Source of the DNA: Azolla caroliniana
Lineage: Eukaryota > Plantae > Polypodiophyta
Assembly: GCA_043228905.1 (NCBI GenBank)
Contig: JBHGNT010000018.1
Coordinates: forward strand, 15,190,001-15,254,000
Direction: 5' to 3'
Length of the DNA: 64,000 nucleotides
Below are positions 29,466 through 42,251 of the stretch, in pieces. The translations under genes and the position numbers were made by a program. Within the stretch, counting starts at the first letter, position 1; every line of letters begins with the position of its first letter. Under the pieces are notes generated by a model, which saw only the letters and a program-made list of their open reading frames with translations, ran no database searches and was not told where the DNA came from.

Positions 29466-29499
<34 letters not shown>

Positions 29500-29635
29500 T
29501 GATTTGGGCCAAATTGTTGAAGGTTTAATCAACTTGGCTAAACCAGTTCCTAAATCGGTTTAGGCTTAACCTGTTTGGTTTGGACAAGGCCAAACCGGTT
29601 AAGCCGAAACCAAAATGTTGCCGGTTCCTACTACT
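29500..29635 (-). mobile_element. Fragment of the MITE-like family seen at 3030-3310
   Basis: Reverse complement TAGGAACCGGCAACA...CTTAACCGGTTTGGCCTTGTC matches TAGGAATCAACAACA...CTTAACCAGTTTGGCTTGTC at 3033. Confidence 0.45.
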
Positions 29636-32600
29636 AAATGACATATTTGCTTGTCTACTAGGCAACTTATACTTGTGACCCACCTCCTTATGAGGAAGCC
29701 AAGCCGACTAGTGTTGCCCAAGTTGACCGAGGACATCCTCACAAAGACTTGACCAACTCTAGAGCTAGCCCAAAATAAACTACCATATCGATGACGTCAC
29801 TAAAAATAGAGATATGATATCTTTGCATGGAGGTTTTGCATTAGATTAGACATTGCAAGTGAATGCCAGGTCGGATGTAGCATAAAGTAACATGTATTTC
29901 GCTTATGATTAATGTTCTCAAATATATTTGTAAAGATTGAGTTGGGGAGCGAACTTCTTTTGGGAGATCTCATTGAATTCATAAAAATAGATGAGACAAG
30001 ATGGTTTCATTTTATTAAATGTGAATGCACATGATGTGTTTTTCCATTTCATCAAGAACCATTCCATATCTTAGTACAATATAATGGGTCATGTCCTCCT
30101 AATCTAGGATTTCCTTGACCAAGGCACTAAATCATCTTGTCCAAGACATTTAAGGTACCAACATGGAACACAAGGTAACATACTATCATAATTCAAAAAT
30201 GTATGATCGTTAGTGTTTTGGTCTTATTAAAGTTTCTTGGTACATGAAGGTACATTGAAATGTCCTTTTAAGGGGCCAAGAAATTGAAAACTTGAGTCTT
30301 TAGATCAAGCAATGATCCATGGCTTTCCCTCACAATGTATGTGACTCGTGAGCATGATTGAGGCGGCGAACAACTAAATAGCATGTAGCTTGACAAAGAA
30401 AAAGAGTTTTGTAATCACGTAAGTGGAGATTAAAGGGTTTGTATATACCATTGGGCAACTCTTATATAAGGGTAGAGTCTAAAGGGTGGATCTAGGAGCC
30501 TCTTAACTTGGAAAGGAAAAACTAGCCTCTTATATATTGAGTACCTGTAATTGAACAACCTTTATAAAAGATGTTAATATTCAATACAAGAGATGGGAGA
30601 TAATCGATGTAATAATCTACACCAACAACACCAATCTTTGTAAGTAGGGCATCAAACATGCCATTTCACTAAAGTGTACCTTAACAATGATATGTAAAAC
30701 AAGCTATTAATTAACACAATCCATTTGTATGACATCTTCATGCCACACCACAGTGTATAAGCATGCTTCAAAAACATGTCCCTTCACTACATAAGAGCAA
30801 TTCACAAGACGCTCCATAAGAGCAATTCACAAGAATGCTTTCATAAATAATGGACTAACACATCTAAATTTTAGGACATAATGGACTTTAGAGAAAGTAG
30901 TTTGTAACTATGATGACTTTTCCATGATATCATAACCTTAGGGCAAGTTATTTGCTCATATATGGGAATATTATAATTAGTGTTTTACCATTAACAATAG
31001 TGGTTGTTAAGTAAATAAATAATGTAACTCTATATTGTACATATGATGGTACGCATTTATCATAAACTATGATGATACCCAATCATTTAAAAATATTGTA
31101 ACTGACACTGAACAAAAGAAAATGTGTCTATTCTATCTATCAGAAACCTTGCTCTATCAACTTTACAAGTTGTAAGGAGAATTACGTTTCACGAAAAGTT
31201 TTCTTTTGGCAACTATTAAAACTGGAAAACATTTTCCTTTGTTTACAAACAAGATGTCAAGAGTTTACTTTGAGTCAAATCACAAAGACATATAAAGGCA
31301 TTCATGAGATCCCGCTTACTCACAATCTAATAAGGAGTTCTATATCATGGTTTATTTCCTTTATTTGTGTTTGTACTACCTCATACAACATGATCTACAT
31401 CTATACTTATAATTGCTTTAGGGTTCGTTCAAGATGAGCAATGATGATGCAAAATGGTTTAAAGGTTCACAATGAATGACCAATTTCACTCACCAATGGC
31501 TAGTAAGTAAGTATATAGGGCTCTAGCCTCCAACACCATACATTGTTATTGGATGTACCAAACTTTTAATTTCCATGTGTCATGATTTGATATTATTTGA
31601 TATTATTTGATGTATATTTGAGCCATAACATTATGTATTCTTCTTCATTTTCTAGCCGTAAAGTCATCACTCTGTACACCCTTGCGTCTATGCTTAATCT
31701 TGGGCAAACCTTCCCCAAACATCTTCAAATCTACCATTGTTCCAACCCTATTGGTTGCAAAAGCAACTAGAGGGGTTCCATTATATATGTATCTTCCTTT
31801 AAACCTCTTTATATTTACCCCTTTTACTATTAAGTGGGATACAATAATACTAGCCACACAATTAAGTAGAGATGTCCAAGAGATAAATGTGAAATATATC
31901 CCTCATTGTCTAGAGCTTTAAACTATTCCTCCATCTTTCTCATGAATTTATGTGGCAAAGGCATCCATGAAAATATATAATAAAAGACATTATCTCTCTA
32001 CTTTCATTGGATTTTGTTCCCTTTGGAAAAACAATTTGTTGATCAAGTTCCTTTTTATGTGAAACAAAAGATGTATAGAAAATTCACTATATTTTTTTCT
32101 ACATGAACATTCTTTTCCTTACAATTAAATTGAAAGAAATAATAAAAACCAGACCACAAGTTTTATGGAAAAAGCAAAATATCAAAGATTAACTATCTCT
32201 AATATGCCATTTTAAGAAAATCAAAAGAAAAAATCATGGGCCGACATTCAAATGTGAAAGTTGATCGAAAATTCATTTGAAATTTAATGTGGGCTTCATT
32301 GGAATTCAAGGCATACTAATCACGAAATTGAAAAGGCTCTCTTTATCATCGGCGATTGTTCTCAAATGGAGAACACTAATGTGTGGAACTAATGGCAAAT
32401 GAAGGATAAGCATGTATGCATGGAAGTAAGTGCATCCAATCCAAATGATGAGCACAAAAAGAGGAATTATGACTCACATCACGTGAATCAATAACTTTAG
32501 GCAATAAGTGTCGATGGCAAACGAATTGGTACAAATGGCAAAGTGGACCCATCAAACATCAACTCAATTACGGGGGCCAACACATGGTCCCATGGAATCC

Positions 32601-32779
32601 TATAAAAGAGCAACCAAGGGCAAGAGAAACGAAGAATGGAGAGAGAGAGAGAGAAACTTTATTAAAATTAAAAACACACTTACAATCTAGGGCATGTCTT
32701 TGGAGACTAATACTTGTGTTGAACAAGAATGTTTCAACTTGATCAAAAACCTCTTAAACAAGTTTCACCCTAAAATCTA

Positions 32780-33130
32780 GAGAGAGAGAGAGAGAGATGC
32801 CAAAGACATGTTAGATTATAAAGGCATTGGGCAATAGTATATAGGGCATTGTTATGAGCTATATTATTTGATTAACAATGTGTTCCCATTGTAATAAGGA
32901 TGTAATCACAATTGCATATTGGTTGGTATTATTGTATTTAGTGTGTTGTTTTAACACTTGAGCATTGAGAGAGAGAGAGAGAGAGGCCAAAGACATGTTA
33001 GATTATAGTGGCACTAGGCACTAATATAAGGATTGTCATCAACTATATTATTTGATTAACTATGTGTTCCCATTGTAATCACAATTGCATATTGTGACTA
33101 TAGTGTGTTGTTTTTACACTTGAGCATTGA
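32780..33130. repeat. Tandem repeat copies 1-2 (~165-190 bp, (GA)n-headed)
   Basis: (GA)n-GCCAAAGACATGTTAGATTATA...TGAGCATTGA occurs twice here; a third copy lies at 51034-51207. Confidence 0.85.
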
Positions 33131-33469
33131 GTGAGAAAGAAAGAAAGATATATTAACGTCTTCTAAGGCCAAAATTGGCCCAAGAGACAATTGGTTTACA
33201 ACAAAATGAGTATTTATGCAGTCATCATAACTAAAATAAAATAAAGTAAACATAGAACTTAAGCTAAAAGAGTTCTAGTATTGTACAATACGTGGTATAC
33301 TCAATAAAGGAAGTGACTTTACACTAAGCCTAATTTTATTTCCACCCAAGACTCTCGAAAAGAAGTGAGGGGTCAAAGGGTTTTGATGTGGGTGTGACCC
33401 GTGGTTCTAATGTAGAGAGTGCCCTAGCCATGGCTTCTAGGCGGTGTAGCTCACGTTCCCTTATTTTCA

Positions 33470-34909
33470 TTATTGCTTCCACACCACATCGAGTTGCTTT
33501 GAAACCCGACACCTGAGGACGTTTGATTCTTCTTTGGTTTTCTGCCTCATCAAGGGAAAGGCTGAGTGGTGCAGGTGTGTTGACATTCGTTGTCTCCCCT
33601 GTTCTTGAAAAACTTCATTTGTTACATGTTGGTGAACATTAACAACATTATTGTCAATATTTTGTAACTTATTCTCTTTGTGTTGTTTTAGCTCTAGAAT
33701 GTTTTTGCCTAATTTCTTTATATCTAGAGTATCTAATAGTTTGGGGAGGGTGGGAGAAGAACCAAGTATGTCTTGGTATTTTGCCCTTATCTCGGCATAG
33801 GTTGGGCACTTGCATGTAAAGTGATACTCATCCTCTATCTCTATGTGACATAACCTACATATCCTTTCCTCCCTAGGGACTCCATTAGTACGACCATTCT
33901 CAATCTCAAGTTGGTGAGATGATATTCTAAGTTGTCCAATGGCAACCCTTAGTGCATGTGGTAAGAATACATCTAGATATTTTGGCCGCGTGATAAAACC
34001 TAACTCAGAGAAGTGCATGAAGTGTTCCTTATAGTACAACATTTTAGATGGGAGTGGCTCTCGTGGGGTGATCCATTTATACCGAGTGTAAATTTGCCAT
34101 ATTTCTTGGCGTATTACTTTATTGCGGTCCTCATGAGAGATTAAAGTGTTATCAATCGTGTGGTTGTACCTAAGGGGAGGTAGGTTATTAATGTCTAGAC
34201 CATTCGCAAGAAGCCAACTCAACATCATGCCATACCATGAGCTAGTATAGCTGGACTCATACAATGATCGAGAGGCCTTAAAGGCTTGATGAGATATTCT
34301 ATCATGTGGTTGGCTATGTATCCTATGAATAAAGACTACAAGTTGGAAAAGTGCCTCTACTAACATTGGGGGTAACGTGAACTCACCCCTAATAATGTCA
34401 TGTGGTACTATCGATTTGCTTCGGAGTTGGCGTGATAACATCATCACCAATGGTCTGTCTAATTGTGTCCACATGAAAGATGGTAATCCTACAGCCCAAA
34501 CTGCTGATGCATATATGAAGGAGGGGGTCACTAATGAGTCAAAGAGCCACCCTTTAGTCCATGGCTCTTGAAAGTATGCTTGGTGGCATTCTCTCTCTAG
34601 GAGTGAGAGGGATGCACGTCCTCTCGTAAGTCTATCCTTCGCTGCCTGTGTCATTGAAAATTTACCTAAGCGAGCACTGAAAGTGACTCTGAGATAGATG
34701 TGTGATCCAACCACCTCAACTGGGCTATGGGAGATAGTTAGGTGACACTTAGCTCTAACTTGGGCCGATGTGTGGAAGATAAGGACTTTAGTTTTCCCTA
34801 GATTCACTACCAATCCTCGTTGTGCACAAAAGTCATCTAAGGCATTAAGGTGCCTTTGTAGGTCGTGTTCGGATTCAGAGAGAAAAACTATGTCATCCAC
34901 ATAGAGCAA
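33470..34909 (-). pseudogene. LINE ORF2 C-terminal half (RT thumb and CCHC zinc finger)
   Basis: 479-aa open stretch from LYVDDIV through LRISSHQLEIENGR...ICRLCHIEIEDEYHFTCKC. Confidence 0.88.
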
Positions 34910-36207
34910 GATACGAACCTGCGTATCCCCAAGGACTACTCCGTTGCCTCCCTTATGAGCAATAAAATCTGTGATCTCATAAATGTAGATCCCAAAAAGT
35001 GTCGGTGATATGGGGCAACCTTGTTTTACACCAATAGTGCTAGTGAAACAATTGGATAGGCCACCTGGGCATCAGACACACCCGGACACTTGTTCATATA
35101 GTGCGTAGATGGCCCAGACCATGTCATCTGGTATCCTCAAGCTTTTAAGCCTATCAAACAACCGCTCTCTAGGGACTATGTCAAAGGCCTTGCGGAAGTC
35201 CACAAAACAACAATATAATTTCTTCTTGCGAGCCTTAGTTTGGTCAATTAAGCATCTAAGTGTGAAGATATGATCAATGGTGGAGAAGGCTCATCTAAAG
35301 CCAGCTTGTTCAGGTGCACAAAGATTTAGGGTCTCCATATAATCGCTAAGCTCTGCTTCCATTACTGGACCATATAATTTAGCAAGGGTATGACCTATCA
35401 TAATGGCCTATATGTATTTGGGTCCATGGGGTCCCCCCCTTTATGTATGGGGGCCACTGTGTTCATAGTCCACTGTCGTGGAAAACCCTCCGCAAGGGCA
35501 TGATTGAAGATTAGAGTTAGCAAGGGAGCTAAGCACTCTCTCGCATAAATAATGTGTTCTGCTCGCAATCCTGTGTGGTTCATGGACTTCGTGTGTTGTA
35601 ATTTCTTTATGATCTTCGCGACCCTAGAGGTCGTGAAAAGTGTCCCCATGGTAGGTCGGGGTATGGAAGGCATTGGAATGGGTGGTTGGTTTGGGATTTG
35701 GTAAAGTCTCTCTGTATATGTGTGCCAGGTTTCGGGATCTTCGATGGGTGTTTGTGATCTTGGCTCTCGTAGTATTAGAGACATGTACTAAAGTAAGCAT
35801 TAGATAAGGATAGATCTAGGTAGATTGAAAGAAAGGAGAGAGAGAAAGAAGGGTGCTGATCCACCCGACCACCCCCGAGCGGAGGGATCGAGACGAACTC
35901 GAGCCTCGATCGACATCCCATACCACCGTTGTGGCGTCGAGTCGTACCTGGTGCTGGCGTGCTCGCTACAAGAGTTGACCCACCACAAGACAGAGTCTCG
36001 ACGTAGTCAACCAAGATGATGAAATGAGGGTAGCTAGGTCTCTATTTATAGCGATACCCAAGGCCCCCAACCATGTTCACACTTGGCCTAATGGGTTGTC
36101 TCAATCCCGAGGATTTAAAAATAATCCTCCCCTTCTTTACACTCTCGTTTAACCCTCACACTTATCCACGTGTATAGAATACTACGGTAAACTCTCACCA
36201 CGGGATA

Positions 36208-37970
36208 TTATATGGTCATGCCCGTAACATACACCCCCCTCTTTAAAACATTGCACTCTTGCAATGGAAAGTTAGGGAAGTTAGTTCTAAGAGTATTTTC
36301 GCGTTCCCATGTGGCATCTTTTATTGATTTATCCATCCATTTTATTTTAAATTCTCGGATTTCTTTAGTATGTAATTTTTTTGTTTTAACATCGAGAATT
36401 CTTTTTGGTACATGTGGTTTAGAAGATAATTCTTCAGAAGTAACCGGAGTTTCAGTTGTAACTGTATTATCGCCAGAACCTAGAAGTTCTTTTAGACGAC
36501 TCACATGAATGACTAGATGAATTCCAACACCATCGGGAAGAGCGAGACGATAGGTTGATGACCCAATGCGTTTGAGGACTGTAAAAGGTCCACAAAACCG
36601 TGGGGCTAACTTAGCGCACTTACCCGTAGAAAATGTCTTAGAATTGTGAGGTACACGTAAAAATACCTTCTATCCAGGGTTGAATACATGAGGTTGCCTA
36701 TGATGATCGACATAAAAACATGCTCTATCTTGAGCTGTTTTTATATTATCTCGTGCAATATGCAACATATCTTGCATATCCTGAAGAAAGTTTTGCGTAC
36801 TTCGCAACTCATCATGATGTATATTAACATCAATCGGGGCTCATGGCTGAAAACCATACATCAACATAAAAGGACTATATCCCGTCGACGTATGCTTGGA
36901 GTTGTTATAAGCAAACTCCAAAATTGGGAGATAACGTTCCCATTTTGTTGGTTTTGCACCAAAATATGCTCGAAGCATGTCCTCAATAATTTGATTTACT
37001 CGTTCTGTCTGTCCATCGGATTGAGGATAATCCGCGGAGCTCATGCTCAATGTAGTTTCTAACTTCTTAAAGACTTGCTTCCAGAAGTCACTAGTAAATT
37101 TTGGATCTCGATCATTCACGATATCCATCGGTAACGCATAAAAACGAAATAACTCGTCCACGAATTGGTAAGCCAATTCAGGAGCTGTTACCGTGGTTTT
37201 AGTAGCAATAAATCTGGCTCTTTTAGTTAGTCGATCAACCACAACCCAGATGGCATCATGGCCTTTTTGGGTGCGAGGAAGGCTAACAATAAAATCCATG
37301 GATATACTTTCCCACTTATTATTGGGAATGTCCAAGGGATGTAAAAGTCCTGCGGCTTTAAGTCGCTCGACTTTGTTAACCTGACATTGGTGACATTTAG
37401 TCACATAGCTATGTATGTCAGGGCGCATCTTAGGCCAATAAAATTGAGTGGAGATGAGAACGAGTGTACGATGTATTCCAGGGTGCCTTGCTGAGGGTGC
37501 ATGATGGCATTAAAAAAGAATCCTCTTTTTGACCTCGGGTAAATTTGGAACACAAACCTTCCCATTACGGTAGAGCAGACCGTTAGCAATGTGGAAGTAT
37601 TCCTTCGAGGATGTGGTGGTGTTTGTTCCAGACTCAACTCTTGCCTAGTATTTTGCGAAATAACTGTCATCAGGATACTTTCCTTGAAGGTGATCATAAA
37701 GATCTGATGATATTTCAGTGAAGCTAAGCATGTTAACTTCACGGATGCGACTTAGTGCATCAACGACAGTGTTCATGGAACCTTTATGATATCGTATGGA
37801 AAAATCAAAGTCCTAGATGAGATCAGCCTTATGACCTTTCAGGTCTTGTTGGTCACAAAAATATTTCAAGGACTCGTGGTCCGTAGTTACCACAAAGCGA
37901 TTTCCATAAAGATAATGGCGCCATGTTTTGAGCGCATGTATAACTGCAAATAATTCCTTTTCTTGAACGG
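36208..37970 (-). pseudogene. Element D RNase H (3' part), integrase and chromodomain
   Basis: EKELFAVIHALKTWRHYL, WESISMDFI...VVVDRLTK, PQSDGQTER, chromodomain PKRILD...FKIKW...DATWE. Confidence 0.92.
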
Positions 37971-38759
37971 TGTCGGGGTTACTACGCCCTTGCGTGTAGA
38001 AAGGAGGAGGGACCACGGGGGTCTCGAACCGAAGAGCAAGAGAGAGAGAAGAAAGAGAGAGAGACCCGATTACACAGAACCGAAGATCCGATTGCGCAGA
38101 ACCGACGATTGCACAGGGACACGGCCCAACAAACAGAGATCCCAAATAAACGCCGACGCAGATGGACGCAACAACGAGAGATATGTACTTATGAATGCAA
38201 GAAAATAACAGACTAAAGTATTACAACCCACGGTGGGGCACAAAATAGATACTAACGAAAACGAACAGGGCGGCGAACAGCTGCCGACCCCTGTATGTCG
38301 CGACGCACAGAAAGGGAAAACAGGTCGGAGGTGCTGCAGGACGCACTCGGGGCGTTCCACGGAACAGCGCAAGCCTCCTCGAAACCTGCACAGGTACGCG
38401 ATGGAGCAGAAGACAGAGAGAGCAGGAGTGAGAGAGAAGCTCCGAAATCGGTTCGGCAGCACTTCGTCCTCTCCGCGGGAGATGCCCCACTTCTATTCTT
38501 CCTCTTCCTTTTATAGCCCGTCAAGAGGCCGTTTGGCATTAACTGCATACTAACCGAATCTACCCACCTAGGATCCTCGTATGTACCTACTTCGTCCTTA
38601 GGTACTTCTTGGCGCGCGTGTGTGTGTAGAGCCGTTTCCCACGCCTTGTTCCTCCGATTCCTCTTGTGGGCGGTTTTCTTCACGACATCCGCCCCCACCT
38701 AACCGCGCATCCACCGGCATGCGCCAAATTAAGTTGGCACGGAGAAAACCGGCCCGCCT

Positions 38760-41700
38760 CTACTCTTCGCCTGCCGGCCCTTCCTCGGCCTCGGATCGGT
38801 CGTCGCTGCTGTCCAGGAGAATCGGGTCGGGTTCGTCGTCGTGCCGCTTCTTGAAAGCTTTGATCCTCTTCCCGGCCACGGGTATCGCTATTCTCGTACC
38901 GTCGAGCTCCGCCAGATGATACGTCCCGTTGTCGTTGGCGCTCTGTACCGTGTACGGCCCGAACCATCTCCGTGCGAACTTCCGCGTTGCTCGGTGCTGG
39001 TTGTCGAGGCTGCTGTCGTAGACGAGCACCCAGTCACCTTCGTCGATTTTCTTCGGTCGTACCCGGTGCGTTCGGTCGAACCGGGCTTTGTTCTTTGTCC
39101 TCGCCACCCGGAGCTTCTCCGTAGCCAGTGCCACGTCCTCCGGTCTCCGCTCGAGCTGTCGTATACGTGCGGCCAACAACTCCTCCCGGCTCATCTCGTC
39201 CCTCCAGTCGACCGTTGCCCACGAGGAGATCGTCCGTTCAATCGGCATGATCGGCTTCTGGCCGAACATGAGCTCCGTCGGCATGTACCCGGTTACCGAA
39301 CTGTGCGTGGTCCGGTCTGCCCACAAAGCATAAGGTAGAAGTCGCGGCCAGTTACCGACTTGGCCTCCGCATGCCCGAACCAGCGCCTTGACGATCGGCC
39401 CGTGTCCGCGCTCCACCTTTCCATTCGCCTCCGGGTTGTACGCAGTGGTGAGCGAGAGTTTGACTCCCAGCCGATCGAACAGCTCCGCGGCTTCCTCGGC
39501 GTCCAACTCCCCTCGGTCAGCCACGATCTTCCCGACGCACCCGTACCGGCATATCACGTCCTCGATCAGGAACCGACACACGGCCGCGGTCGTCTTGTTC
39601 TGAAGGGCTCGGCCTTCCACCTGGTTCGTCAGGTCTTCCCGCGCTAGGACCAGATACCGCATCTGTCCTACCCCCATCGGCATCGTCACCAGATCTACCA
39701 TCCATTTGAAGTGGATAGTCGGAGGGTACGTAGGGTGAAGCCCGTCCCGGTGTCGGACTATCGAGTGCATCTGACAACTCTCGCAAGTTGACACGAACCG
39801 ATGCACGTCCCGGTACAATCCCGGCCACCAGTACTTCCCCTTCAGCTTCTCAAACGTCGCCCACGTTCCACGGTGTCCAGCCCAAGGGCTGTCGTGGTAG
39901 GCCGCCAGTAGCTCCTCCTGTTCTTCCTTCATCGCCACCACCCGGAGCGGGACGCCGTTCCTCTTCTTCGGGTGCTTCCACAAATGCCCATCTCGGAGAA
40001 GGAATCGATATGCTTTCTTCCGGATCCGGTTGGCCTCGTCCTTCGTCCATGACGCATCGGGCGTCATTGTCTTCAAAAACCCGCCGATCTGCAGCCACTC
40101 CCCGTCGTACTTGCTCGCGTCGAACTCGTTAAGCGCCGGAGTGCTCATCCCGTCGGTCGTTATGTATGCCGCCTCGAAGAAATCCATGCCGACTTCTTCG
40201 TCTTCCGAAACCATGCCGCCCTCGTCGTCGAACCTCGCCCTCGAAAGCATGTCGGCCATGGCGTTGTCTTTCCCGGAAATGTGTCGTATTTCCGGGTCCA
40301 GGGACTTGATGTACGCTATCCACCTGAGCATCGCCAGGTCCGGAGTCGCGCATCCGGAAACCATACCGAGAATCGGCAGGCAATCCGTCTCGATGATCAC
40401 TTCCGTCCCTATCAGGTAGTCTTTGTCGGCCTTAACCGCCGAAACAATACCCCAGAGTTCGCGTTTAACCTGGGCGTATCCTCGCTGCCGTTCACTGAGG
40501 ACTTTCGCGCCGAATCGGATCGGAAACCGATTGCCGTCCTCGTCTTCCTGGTTCACGACCCATCCGATCCCGGTCGGACTGGTATCCACCGTTATGAATA
40601 CCGGGGTACCCTTCCCGTATACCGCCTTCCGGAGTGCCGGTGCCGCTGCAAGGGCCTCTTTCAGCTTCCGGACCGATGCCGCGTGCTCGTCTAGCCATTC
40701 GAACCTTCGCCCCTTTTTCAGCAACCCGTACAGTGGCTCCGCGAGGTGTGCGTAATGCGGGATCCATATGTGGTAGAACGCGCATGCCCCCAGGAATCTC
40801 CGTACTTCCGTGACCGAGCTGCAGTCGGGCTTCATCGCGGAGATGGCTTCTACCTTTGCCGGAGACGGTTTCCGGCCATATGGTCCGCACAGGTGTCCGA
40901 CCACCATGATTTCTGACTGCCCGAAGGCCGACTTCTCCCCGGAGAAGGTGAGTCTCGCATCCTCTAGCCTTTGCAGCACCTTCTCGCAGTCGTCGATGTG
41001 CGTCGCCACGAATCGCCGGCATCCGTCCGGCCCGATCGTCTCGTCCTTTTCTTCCACCGGGCATCCCTTGATCGGGATGTCGTCCAGAAACGGCATGGTG
41101 ATGTCCGGGATACAGTCCCTCAGAACCTTGTTCATCGCATTCACCATGTGGGCCACCGAGTTGGTCCCTCCTTGCGGCAGTGTACACATCCGAACTAGGC
41201 CGAGGGGAGTTCGCATCGTCGTAATGTCTCTGCTCTCCACGGCTAGCTGGAACTGGTCGTACCCTGAGTATAGATCCCCGACCGAGTAAATTGACCTTCC
41301 GGCGAAGGCCTCCGCGAACTCGTCTATGGTCGGTCCGATCCCTGCGTTCCGAATGGTCACTCGATTGACCGGCTGCAGGTCCTGGATGAAGCGCAACGAA
41401 CCGTTTTTCTTCGGTACGGTAAACCATCGATTCGAATATGGGGCGCTCGACGGCTCGAGAATTCCCATATCAACTTTCTGCCTCAGCAGCTCCATCAACT
41501 TCGGGATGTGAGCTCTCGGAACCGGGATTGGCTTGAGATTCCATGGTACATGCGGTACCGTGAATATCACCATCGGCTCCACGATCGTCGGGTCAACGCA
41601 CCCGATTTCCTCCGGCGAGAATGCGAAGGCTTTCCCGCGCCTTCCGAGCATTCTCCGAAACCGGTCTTCCTCCGCCGGCAGTAGGAACCCGCTCCCACCG

Positions 41701-42251
41701 ATTTTGAGCTCTCGGAGCGTCTCGTCGGTGAAGGTGTGCCCTATGCAGGCCGGATCTCGTAGACTAGGGTCCGATGCAACCCCTTTGATTCTCGACGCGC
41801 TGTCCTCCGGTAAGGGTGCCGCGACTGGCCTTACCTTCCGGTCCACAGTCTTGTACTTGGTGCTTACGTGGGCCGTCCGAACTGACTCGAGCCCTCGACC
41901 GAAGTCCGCGATGACTTCGTACATCTCCTCGGAACACACCGGTATCGTCCGGTCTTCGTTAAGGCCTTCTTCGACTACCTTTCCCAGCATTCCCAAGGTG
42001 TCGTCGAATGAGACCGCCTCCACGGCTCCGTTGATTTCCTCGTCCGGGCCGAGAACTCCGCACGCTCGAAGTCTCCCCTCCGCCTTTGTCTTCTCTCGGC
42101 CGCCGATGCTGACTATCGTACACGCTCCGCTGTCGGAGAACAAAAATTCCCTACCTATGGTACAAGGTTTCTTCGGTTTTACCGTACAGGTGTGGGGGTT
42201 TCCCGGGGTGTCCGGACTGTCGCGGCCCCACGCCTTGGTAGCCCTCTCTAA
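38760..42251 (-). CDS. pol: Element E pol (RT-RNase H-integrase), probably reached by a -1 frameshift
   Basis: DLYSGYDQF, LPQGGTNS, PFLDDIPI, VDTSPTGIG, HRG...CESC zinc finger, VDLV...ADRG...NGKVER, WFGPY. The frame is open from 42251 and the ORF-track start at 42143 is a TTG. Confidence 0.93.
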   Translation of the reverse strand, partial: LERATKAWGRDSPDTPGNPHTCTVKPKKPCTIGREFLFSDSGACTIVSIGGREKTKAEGRLRACGVLGPDEEINGAVEAVSFDDTLGMLGKVVEEGLNEDRTIPVCSEEMYEVIADFGRGLESVRTAHVSTKYKTVDRKVRPVAAPLPEDSASRIKGVASDPSLRDPACIGHTFTDETLRELKIGGSGFLLPAEEDRFRRMLGRRGKAFAFSPEEIGCVDPTIVEPMVIFTVPHVPWNLKPIPVPRAHIPKLMELLRQKVDMGILEPSSAPYSNRWFTVPKKNGSLRFIQDLQPVNRVTIRNAGIGPTIDEFAEAFAGRSIYSVGDLYSGYDQFQLAVESRDITTMRTPLGLVRMCTLPQGGTNSVAHMVNAMNKVLRDCIPDITMPFLDDIPIKGCPVEEKDETIGPDGCRRFVATHIDDCEKVLQRLEDARLTFSGEKSAFGQSEIMVVGHLCGPYGRKPSPAKVEAISAMKPDCSSVTEVRRFLGACAFYHIWIPHYAHLAEPLYGLLKKGRRFEWLDEHAASVRKLKEALAAAPALRKAVYGKGTPVFITVDTSPTGIGWVVNQEDEDGNRFPIRFGAKVLSERQRGYAQVKRELWGIVSAVKADKDYLIGTEVIIETDCLPILGMVSGCATPDLAMLRWIAYIKSLDPEIRHISGKDNAMADMLSRARFDDEGGMVSEDEEVGMDFFEAAYITTDGMSTPALNEFDASKYDGEWLQIGGFLKTMTPDASWTKDEANRIRKKAYRFLLRDGHLWKHPKKRNGVPLRVVAMKEEQEELLAAYHDSPWAGHRGTWATFEKLKGKYWWPGLYRDVHRFVSTCESCQMHSIVRHRDGLHPTYPPTIHFKWMVDLVTMPMGVGQMRYLVLAREDLTNQVEGRALQNKTTAAVCRFLIEDVICRYGCVGKIVADRGELDAEEAAELFDRLGVKLSLTTAYNPEANGKVERGHGPIVKALVRACGGQVGNWPRLLPYALWADRTTHSSVTGYMPTELMFGQKPIMPIERTISSWATVDWRDEMSREELLAARIRQLERRPEDVALATEKLRVARTKNKARFDRTHRVRPKKIDEGDWVLVYDSSLDNQHRATRKFARRWFGPYTVQSANDNGTYHLAELDGTRIAIPVAGKRIKAFKKRHDDEPDPILLDSSDDRSEAEEGPAGEE

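Larger units (their letters stand above)
13953..29497 (+). mobile_element. Ty1/copia LTR retrotransposon A (decayed; host of B and C)
   Basis: LTR copies at 13953-~14330 (TGTTGAGATCTCAAGCTC) and 29117-29497 (TATTGAGATATCAAGCTC; similarity is lost at a (CA)n run). A PPT-like tract precedes 29117. Domain order is gag-PR-INT-RT-RH. No intact PBS or TSD could be resolved. Confidence 0.92.

Noticed and set aside
29650-32700. Host gene or DNA-transposon remnant
   Set aside because: Only short ORFs without recognisable motifs; probably old decayed repeat.
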